Positions 36,301-43,240 of a stretch of DNA of 43,240 bases are shown here, in pieces. The notes beneath the pieces were generated by a model. The model made no database searches. It saw only the letters and a list, made by a program, of their open reading frames with translations, and was not told where the DNA came from. Position 1 is the stretch's first letter; every line of letters begins with the position of its first letter. Position numbers and translations under genes: made by a program. The stretch is from Tubiluchus corallicola. Its lineage: Eukaryota; Animalia; Priapulida. The DNA is taken from NCBI GenBank assembly GCA_030141605.1, contig JAQGDQ010001386.1, positions 1 through 43,240 on the forward strand, given 5' to 3'.

Positions 36301-39300
36301 CTTTTTGAAAAATTCATACAAGCGTTAACACATGGGCGATATATGGATAAAATACACATTTTTAAATTTTGCAGATGCAACTTTCTAACATGCAAAACTG
36401 TCACAGTTCTATGTGCGATAACTATCAGCCATTGCAAACTACTGGTGAAAATTGCCAGGTCAGTGGAGTGGATGTAATAGTTTTTAAAGTTTCTCAATTT
36501 ACTATACAAATGAGCATAATTTCGAAATGTTAAGATGAGTGGAGATACGTGTTCCCAAAGCTTAATCGAGCTGAAAATTTACCCATGTTAGTATCTCATC
36601 AAACCTCCAAGGTAGGAAAAGTTGTAAGAATGTTGGATATAAAAAGGTATTTTCAACACACTCTATTGTTTATGTAAAGAGTAGATTAAACAACTACTTG
36701 TGGTGTATCAGAAACACTATTAAAATAGTTTCTATGTGGTCATTATTAATTACATGTATTTGCATAGCGTTTACATTTAAGCAGGCTGCTCAACTGCCTG
36801 TTGTGTAATACCTTGCACCTGTTCGTTATGTGGCATTTATATAAAAGCGGGCTCAGTAACTGCCTGTGGTGTGTTACAAAATGCTCCCTTTACATGAATA
36901 TGAAATTATGCACATTTTGCGAGGCGCATAATCTTTTTTTCTAAAATGTGACGCCTCTCAAACTTTGGTGGTGCTCTCGGATATAGTCTAGTTAGTTAAT
37001 ACGTCCCTCAAAGCAGCTAATCCAGAGCGTTAAACCCTGGAGCATGCAATGAAGCATGAATGAAACACGCTTCATGGACATCTGATTTGGAGTGCTAGTG
37101 ACGTTGCATAAAGGAAGCACTTGTATTCAGTAAGTCTTTAGTGGAAATTAATAACATGCTGATATTCTTTTTTCGCTCTTTCCATAGATGTTACTTACCA
37201 ATTCGAAATTCAGTCCAAGACACTTCTAGTCTGCCAAAAGAAAGTTGATCTTTAGGGTCTTTTGGAACACCATAAAACATGATATTTGTCAACATGATCG
37301 TGAGTAGCAATGAGAGGGCACAAGTCAGTCTCTGTAAAAAATCGCAGAGCTATATTGTCTGCTGCAAACATAGATATTATTATGTAAATTATTGCTATTC
37401 TGTACTCACATACTACTACAGTATGTCCTTGCTTAATGGTACTAATGTGTTCTCACAAAACACGACGTTAAGCGAAGCGTCGTTAAACGAAACCAAAACT
37501 TCCATTGAAAGTAATGTAAAAGAATTGAGAAATGTTCCAGAGGCAAAAGCCAATGCTGCTTAAATCATTTATAATCATAAGCATTTTATGAGTTTCTTTA
37601 TAGGTTCTGCCAATTAGTTTCTGCCTGCTTGTTTTAAAAGGTGTCAAATGCACAGCATTGTTAAAACGAAATGTCGTTAAACGGGGAGTTGTTAAGCGAG
37701 GACTTGTTGTACTATGGAAAAAAATAATCAAGATTTCAAGTTTTTTTAAATTTTTTTACTTCGCTGATAAAATAAACATTCAAACAAATACAGATCTTTG
37801 CATCTCTGTATCAAGTTAAGATCACAACTTGATTACAGCTAAATGTATTAAAGTTGTGTTGCTGATGACGTTCGTGTACTAGTTCAGAGCTTGTGGAGCA
37901 AGACTAGCGAGTTCTCTGTCACAGCAAACTCGCAAGTGTGAACTGCCTCAGTGAGTTACTGTCTGACAAGAAACTACAAACTCTTTGACAGTTGCTGGTA
38001 GTTACTGTCTAGTGTAAATGCCTCTGTGAGTTGCTGTGTGGCAAGAAATTGTAAAATCTTTTACAGTTGCTGTTAGTTACTGTCTAGTGTAAACGCCTCT
38101 GTGAGTTACTGTGTGACAAGAAATTGCAAACTCTTTGACAGTTGCTGGTAGTTACTGTCTAGTTTTAACGCCTCAGTGAGTTACTGTGTGACAAGGAATT
38201 GCAAACTCTTTGACAGTTGCTGGTAGTTACTGTCTAGTGTAAACGTCTCAGTCAGTTACTGTGTGACAAGAAATTGCAAACTATTTGACAGTTGCTGGTA
38301 GTTACTGTCTAGTGTGAATGCCTCAGTGAGTTACTGTGCGGCAAGAAATTCCAAACTCTTTGACAGTTGCTGGTAGTTACTGTCTAGTGTAAACGTCTCA
38401 GTGAGTTACTGTGTGACAAGAAATTACAAATTCTTTGACAGTTGCTGGTAGTTACTGTCTAATGTGAATGTCTCACTCTGTGGTCTGAACATGCCAGTTT
38501 ACCCATTTAGTTAGCGAATTTACTTGGCGAGATTAGCCATTAAAAATTAGCCCATTAAACCTTGTGTTTGAAAAACTCATGTTTCTAAACAGCCTAAACG
38601 TCAAAATTCGTCTTGAAGTTGTTGCATAATCACAGATTGTTTGAAAAGCCTATACCAGTAAGTCACACACCTTAATCTGTATTCCATACACTGACCTGCA
38701 CTCTAGTAAAACGGCTTCGAGACGGTTTGCAAAATATGCTGGCCCACACATGGTTATCTCTGAAAGATCTTGCAACTTTGCTTTGAAATAGGCGAGAAAC
38801 CATCTAAAATATAACAGCAACATGGCAATCAAAGTAAATAATCGAATAAAAATGAAATGAAATGTATATTAAACAAGCAAGGAAGATATAAACAATAAAT
38901 TTCGAAACACGACCATGTTTCAAAACATTTTATTTTTAGGTTATTCACTGGCGTAGTGCTATAAAAGATATATTTCACTGTGATATAGTGTTCTTGTTCA
39001 CGTAATCTTTTGTATTGTATTGTTGTATTGTGACGTCACTGCTTCGTATTGTGACGTCACTACTTCTTCTTCTTCAAAGTCTCATTGCAAAATTGTAGGC
39101 ACTGAGGCTTTACCATTTATTAGAATAATCCACCAAAATAGATAGATTTGGTTGAAGTTGTTGAACATCTTCATTTATCTTAGCTATCCAAGCTGTTTTT
39201 AGTTTGTCTGGTGGTTTTTGCAAGGTTTTAAGGCTTCCTTTAAGGCGATTACTCCCTACCTCAAATTTTTACGAAAACATGACTCCATGGCATTGGCAAA

Positions 39301-40578
39301 CTGTGCTCTAATTGATGGACAAAATAACTGATGAAAGTGCATAATACGAAACACAGCAGACATAGGTCTTGAAGGGTCAATTTTGGGACCCTTGCTTTTT
39401 TGTCTACATCAATGAAGGATAATGCAGCCTGGGGAGTGGCAGTGGGCAGGAAAGCGGAGTATAAACAGGTGGGACGGGCCAGGTTTTTATAACATAGCAC
39501 CACCCAAAGGACGAAAAGGCTTAAATCATTTAAGTTAAAGGTTTTATTACTTTCTACTGATTAATTTCTTTCTGCTTGCATTGAAACCACCTATATATCT
39601 TAGTTGCCTAGACATTTAAGAGCAAACAATCAACACTGCAACTGAGTCAAAGCCAACCCCTGGGCGACCTTGGGAATTTTATTTAGGCTGGTTTCTATAG
39701 GAACCAGTTGCAGGCAAAATTACTTGCACCCATGTGTCGCTTGATACAAATGGGAAGCAAAAACGCTGGTGCACTGTTTACGTTACTAGTGTATTTTTAG
39801 AACAGAATAACGCAATATCTACTGTTTCAATTCATCAAATTACGTAAAAAACTGTTAATAGAATAAAAATTGGTTTCAGACAAATTAAAAAAAATCGTTG
39901 TCAAAATGAAACAGTGCGACTTTAAGTAAAAAAAATGTGTCAAATAATCAGCGTCGCTAAAACGAAACGGGATAGTTGTTAAGCGAGGACTTACTGTACT
40001 AGGTTTAGCATCTTCTGTCACAATTGTTCCTATGTATGTTTAACGTTCGGTATGTTTTGTTCTACGTTCATTATACTGGATGAATATCCCTTTCTGTATC
40101 CCTTTTATCACGATAGAAGTTATAGTAAAATATGAGTACATACATGTGTGAGAGTATTACAGTGCTTTGAATTTCAGAGTAGCTAATAGTTTGCATTCCG
40201 AACTTGTACCTGTATTTTCCGACCTGTGATCGATCCACTAGTGATTTGCAATGTGCTGTCACACTTTCTCATAGTTATAAGACTCAATTTGAGTTACCCT
40301 ATTGAGTTCTTACATGCATAACAACGTCATGATCTAAATAATGACATCTTCTTGGTGTAAAAATTGTTTTGTAAATTTGTTGTAAAACACACAGGCATAA
40401 TGTTCCCATCTTTGGATAAACATTGGGATAAATGCTTACCGTAAGTTTTTCCATTGCTACCGGAATTAACGTGCAACAAATAGTTTGTGGACCATCGTCC
40501 ACAGCTAGCCAGTTTCCATAGGGAAAACACCAAACCTCGTCGGTTTGTAAATCTCTTACGATCAATTGGTTTAGAAAC
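22877..40578 (-). CDS. Polycystin-1-like (PKD1L2/PKD1L3-type) gene, 5'-partial, copy C; exons 40578-40440, 38803-38696, 37331-37199, 35510-35393, 33618-33564, 31940-31002, 28486-28260, 27508-27433, 26758-26596, 25616-25434, 23988-22877
   Basis: All introns are GT-AG and phases chain without a break (2-0-0-1-2-0-0-2-0-1-1). Family motifs: PLAT end [13 protein letters not shown]...WLAVDDG; [38 protein letters not shown]; LPP.CVYVAW...LYGLKFG..KS.KW; TOP motifs GVxRLRQLR and [28 protein letters not shown]; then S2-S6. Exact orthology is not established. Confidence 0.92.
24170..24350. repeat. (GAT)n microsatellite; shorter homologous tracts at ~3645-3708 and ~11473-11536
   Basis: Direct inspection; same flanks in all three copies. 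Confidence 0.95.
24960..25213. mobile_element. Foldback/MITE-like element
   Basis: ~28-bp TIR CTATAGGTTTTACA.GT.AAATGTAGAC plus internal inverted arrays of TCAAATGTAGAC. Confidence 0.6.
25434..25616 (-). CDS. Polycystin TOP-domain 183-bp exon, copy C
   Basis: gttttag|GT...TTAG|gtattc; (G)[19 protein letters not shown]...YNPGW...[15 protein letters not shown]. Confidence 0.9.
25660..26322. repeat. Compound (GTT/GCT)n trinucleotide tract
   Basis: Direct inspection; intronic. Confidence 0.95.
26596..26758 (-). CDS. Polycystin TOP-domain 163-bp exon, copy C
   Basis: gtgcag|ATA...TCAG|gtatag; [20 protein letters not shown]...[11 protein letters not shown]. Confidence 0.9.
26904..27375. repeat. 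Dispersed repeat shared with 19378-19860
   Basis: Same blocks, same orientation. Confidence 0.75.
27433..27508 (-). CDS. Polycystin TOP-domain 76-bp exon, copy C
   Basis: tttttgcag|A...GCT|gtgagt; (R)[25 protein letters not shown]; paralogous exon at 7785-7860. Confidence 0.85.
27673..27811. repeat. 50-bp inverted repeat with 39-bp loop (MITE-like hairpin)
   Basis: 27673-27722 versus 27762-27811, one mismatch; followed by (TA)n. Confidence 0.85.
28260..28486 (-). CDS. Polycystin exon with S1 of the channel module
   Basis: ttttcctttcag|CTC...AAAAG|gtaggt; 227 bp; LFFYLL...[49 protein letters not shown]. Confidence 0.82.
28773..29277 (+). mobile_element. 5'-truncated RTE-clade LINE
   Basis: Open frame matching the RTE ORF C-terminus ([45 protein letters not shown]); (GAA)n tail; ~22-bp TSD AGTTAAATATCTTCGCATTTAT at 28751 and 29278. 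Confidence 0.92.
29389..29673. mobile_element. pogo/Tigger-like MITE
   Basis: TA|CAGTAAGTCCTCGCTTAACG start; degenerate inverted end ...TTACTG. Confidence 0.55.
29704..30130. mobile_element. Degenerate hAT-like non-autonomous element
   Basis: Ends TAGTGTTGCCAG...GGCAATCTTA resemble TAGGGTTGCC-type TIRs; several GGGACA subterminal motifs. Confidence 0.4.
30615..30826. repeat. Degenerate (TTAGGG)n interstitial tract
   Basis: Run of hexamers of TTAGGG and variants. Confidence 0.85.
31002..31940 (-). CDS. Polycystin large exon: long hydrophilic loop plus two TM segments
   Basis: ttttcttag|ATG...AAACAC|gtaagg; 939 bp; contains [43 protein letters not shown]. Confidence 0.88.
32890..33522. repeat. 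77-78-bp AT-rich minisatellite, 8 copies
   Basis: GTGTAGACCC-type core at 32934, 33011, 33089, 33167, 33244, 33322, 33399, 33476. Confidence 0.93.
33564..33618 (-). CDS. Polycystin small linker exon (predicted from phase)
   Basis: ctttcag|C...AGTCAG|gtaaat; 55 bp; (D)[18 protein letters not shown]. Bridges phase 2 to phase 0 as required; no motif support. Confidence 0.6.
34063..34247. repeat. ~60-bp tandem repeat, 3 copies
   Basis: GAAGCCACGTTCATAGGTA at 34083, 34143, 34201. Confidence 0.9.
35393..35510 (-). CDS. Polycystin exon, next TM segment
   Basis: tactgtag|GC...TATGA|gtaagc; 118 bp; (G)[38 protein letters not shown]. Confidence 0.85.
35625..36135 (-). mobile_element. Solo LTR, family 1
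   Basis: TGTGAAAG...CTTCCACA, TSD GATGT on both sides. Confidence 0.78.
37199..37331 (-). CDS. Polycystin exon, TM segment after RFTRVQ
   Basis: ttttacag|AGA...ATTG|gtaagt; 133 bp; [44 protein letters not shown](G). Confidence 0.88.
37419..37709. mobile_element. pogo/Tigger-like MITE
   Basis: TA|CAGTATGTCCTTGCTTAA...TTAAGCGAGGACTTGTTG|TA. Confidence 0.65.
37945..38475. repeat. 75-bp minisatellite, 7 copies
   Basis: Unit starts at 37945, 38020, 38095, 38170, 38245, 38320, 38395. Confidence 0.93.
38696..38803 (-). CDS. Polycystin exon, post-PLAT linker (not in the ORF track frame)
   Basis: attttag|ATG...GTGCAG|gtcagt; 108 bp; [36 protein letters not shown]. Confidence 0.88.
39062..39260 (-). 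mobile_element. Decayed LINE (RTE-like) 3' end
   Basis: Minus-strand frameshifted ALKEALKP../[17 protein letters not shown] peptide followed by a (GAA)n tail. Confidence 0.45.
39820..39996. mobile_element. pogo/Tigger-like element end fragment
   Basis: Ends GTTAAGCGAGGACTTACTG|TA; left boundary approximate. Confidence 0.5.
40440..40578 (-). CDS. Polycystin exon, C-terminal part of the PLAT/LH2 domain
   Basis: tttttag|G...CTTACG|gtaagc; 139 bp; (W)[46 protein letters not shown]. Confidence 0.88.
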
Positions 40579-40844
40579 CTAAAAATTGAAACAGCTTTAC
40601 AGTTTAACTGTTAAAGGTGTAATTGCAATTATAGGGAAAGGCAGAATCTTGGTTTTGATTTTCATGTGAAATTAGTAGTTGGGGTAGGCCTAAATAGGGT
40701 AAGTTTAATGTATGTAAGAAAACTGTGGGCCCATGTTTTATTGTTAACTACATTCTGATTTTTAAATTAGTAGTTGGCGTAGCGCTATATCACGTAAGTT
40801 TAATGTACGAAAAAGAAAACAATAGGCCCATGTTTTATTGTTAA

Positions 40845-41232
40845 CCTTTTCATACCCGTTGTATCCCATGGGATACGAGAATATTTCTGCCTTTTAAATT
40901 AATAAAATTTTAAAACTGACAGTTATTTGATCTATTAATAGCTATTTTGATTTAAGCCAATAACAATAGACTAAAAATAGTGATAAAATGGCAAACTAGA
41001 AAATCTACATGGCATAAAAAACTGCGCAAGGTACAGTACTTTTGAGACGACTTTGTACAGATCAGCGTAGCGTGCATACTAAATGTCTTAAATACTTTAA
41101 AAAAATTATCAGCAGTTACAAAATGAAGCACATTTTTTGCTTTTATTGTATTTTTAAAAAAGTCAGACTTTGTTTTTTGGCACATGACAAAGAATGTTGT
41201 GTATCCCACAGGATACATTGGGAACAAACGGT
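40845..41232. mobile_element. Second piggyBac-like MITE copy
   Basis: TTAA|CCTTTTCATACCC start; ~300 bp homologous to 16024-16320; right end degenerate. Confidence 0.65.
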
Positions 41233-41529
41233 TGTAATTCACTTTCATAATAAATAATAATAGACGCAAGAATGCACTGATGTGCAAAAACTGTTTTGTT
41301 GTTACACTAAAAAGCAGTTAATGAATGTTGGCAACAACATGAAAGTGTTTTGGAGTCGATAATGATTTGCTGGGTGTACCTGTTACTATTATTATTTATT
41401 ATTTTTTATTATTTATTATTATTATCACGTTCAGTACAATATAATGACATTAAGCACACAGTGACATCAAAATTGTTACATCATCTACTATTATATTAAT
41501 ATTCTTGGTATCTTAATATATATATATAT

Positions 41530-42060
41530 AAGATTCGAGGCTACAGCTTCGACGAGGGCACCATTTGCGGCGATCTATATATCAAACGAAAGGTCTCGAT
41601 CTAGTGTCGTGCCATTGATGGTTTATTTTTCGAATCGGGCCCACCGGGAGGAGGGGGAGGCGAAAAACCCCCAAAAATGGCCCTTTTTTGGCCGTTTTTT
41701 GTAAAAGTTATACGGCTGAGATGTAGAGAACGGGAACGGGCCGAGGGGGGTGCTGGGTATGGATAGATAGCCCGTTCAGCGGTGGGTGTAGTAGGCATAT
41801 TTAGAATTCCCGAGAGGGCCAGGGCGCCCCGCAACGGGCGTTTTCCCGGACCCAACTCGCGATTTTTTCGAAATTTTGACCAAACAGCATGCGGGAAAAA
41901 CGTTCTAGCGGCGCCTGGTGGGACTCTCGGAAGGAGATATATAGCTCTTTACAAAGAGGAAGGACAGGGCTACACGATGATGTGGGATATATTTTAGGGC
42001 AGGTCCACCGAGAGGAGTATCAACGAGTTAGTTAGGAGTTCTATTTTCGGCAATTTTCAC
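41530..42060. other. GC/CpG-rich island, probably an unclassified non-autonomous transposon
   Basis: Abrupt composition shift after a (TA)n palindrome; no credible ORF. Confidence 0.35.
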
Positions 42061-42449
42061 TTAGAAAATTGCTGACGCAAAGGCATTGTTGTGACGTCAT
42101 CCATTGTACTCTGTCTATAATCTTATAACTTTAATTGAGCAAAAAGCTACAGGCTTTGCGTTAGTTAAACAAACAGTAGGCACGATGTTACGGGCTTTGT
42201 GTTATAAATGTGGACTAGGTAGGATGTTCGCGTATTATTGATTACACGTGTATTTATACGCAAAATCTTTTGCGGGGCCCTTGCTATTTATTATATTATA
42301 GCACATAGTTTCAACTTTGTGAAAAATGTTTGGAATGGTTTTGTTGTAATGCTGTGCTGTTGGTGCTTGTGCTATAGGTGTTGTCATCGTTGCCACCATC
42401 ATCATCATCATCATCAACATCATGATCACCACGTGAGGTGGTGGATTTG

Positions 42450-43240
42450 ATGTGGTGTGGTGGTGGTGTGCTTTGTGTGTTGTGCTATGGGTGGTGTGGT
42501 GGGGTGATAGGGTGTGTGGGGTGTGGTGTGGGTAGTGTGGTATGGAGTGGGTGGCGTGGTGTGTGGGTGGGTGTTGTGGTGCGGTGTGGTGTTATGGTGT
42601 GGTGCAGTGCGGTGTGATGTGGTGGAGTATTATGGTGTGGGTGGTGTGGTGTGTGGGTGGTGCGGTGTGGTGTGGTGCAGTGGTATGGTGTGGTGTGATG
42701 TGGTGGAGTCGTATGGTGTGGTTGGTGTGGTGTGGTATGTGGGTCGTGCGGTGTGCTGCAGTGGTATGTTGTGGTGCGGTGGGGTGTGATGTGGTGGAGT
42801 GATATGGTGTGGGTGGTGTGGTGTGTAGGTGGGTGGGTGGTGTGGTGCAGTGTGGTGTTACGGTGTGGTGCTGTGCAGTGTGATGTGGTGGAGTATTATG
42901 GTGTGGGTGGTGTGTTGTGGTGTGTGGGTGGTGCGGTGCAGTGGTATGGTGTGGTGCAGTGTGGTGTGATGTGGTGGAGTCGTATGATGTGGGTGGCGTG
43001 GTGTGGTGTGTGGGTGGTGTGGTGTGCTGCAGCGGTATGGTGTGGTGCAGTGTGGTGTGTAGGTGGGTGCGTGGTGTGGTGCAGTGTGGTGTTATGGTGT
43101 GGTGCTGTGCGGTGAGGTGTTATGGTGTGGTGCTGTGCGGTGTGATGTGGTGAAGTATTATGGTGTGGGTGGTGTGGTGTGTGGGTGGTGCAGTGGTATG
43201 GTGTGGTGCAGTGTGGTGTGAGGTGGTGGAGTGGTATGGT
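42450..43240. repeat. (TGTGG)n-based degenerate satellite, runs off the window
   Basis: Direct inspection. Confidence 0.93.

Noticed and set aside
37945-38475. 75-bp (25-codon) array as a coding repeat exon
   Set aside because: No ORF is called across it and the flanking exons join directly as RFTRVQ|RLTC.
42514-43153. W/C/V/G-rich ORFs
   Set aside because: Translations of the TGTGG satellite.

Overview
AT-rich animal (probably invertebrate) genomic DNA. The main gene is the 3' half of a multi-exon polycystin-1-like (PKD1L2/PKD1L3-type) gene on the minus strand (copy C). I could chain 11 GT-AG exons in frame from 40578 to the stop at 22877, running from the end of the PLAT domain through the TM region, TOP domain and S2-S6 channel module; its 5' exons lie beyond the window. 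Downstream on the same strand is a second intact four-exon TOP+channel cassette (copy A, 7860-2311) with no upstream exons of its own. Three of those four exons recur inverted (copy B, 8704-12870), because positions 1-6773 and 8421-15547 form a >=15.5 kb palindrome whose 1.65 kb spacer holds the fourth exon. Copies A/B and C are nearly identical through TOP-S4 but diverge abruptly at S5-pore-S6. A relic of the terminal-exon acceptor (AG|GTAAGT) marks the edge of an apparent gene-conversion patch. A two-exon LRR transmembrane gene (+) lies between B and C. The rest is solo LTRs, pogo/Tigger-like and piggyBac-like MITEs, RTE LINE fragments, hairpin elements, and mini- and microsatellites. Exon models and identities were read by eye and have no transcript or database support.
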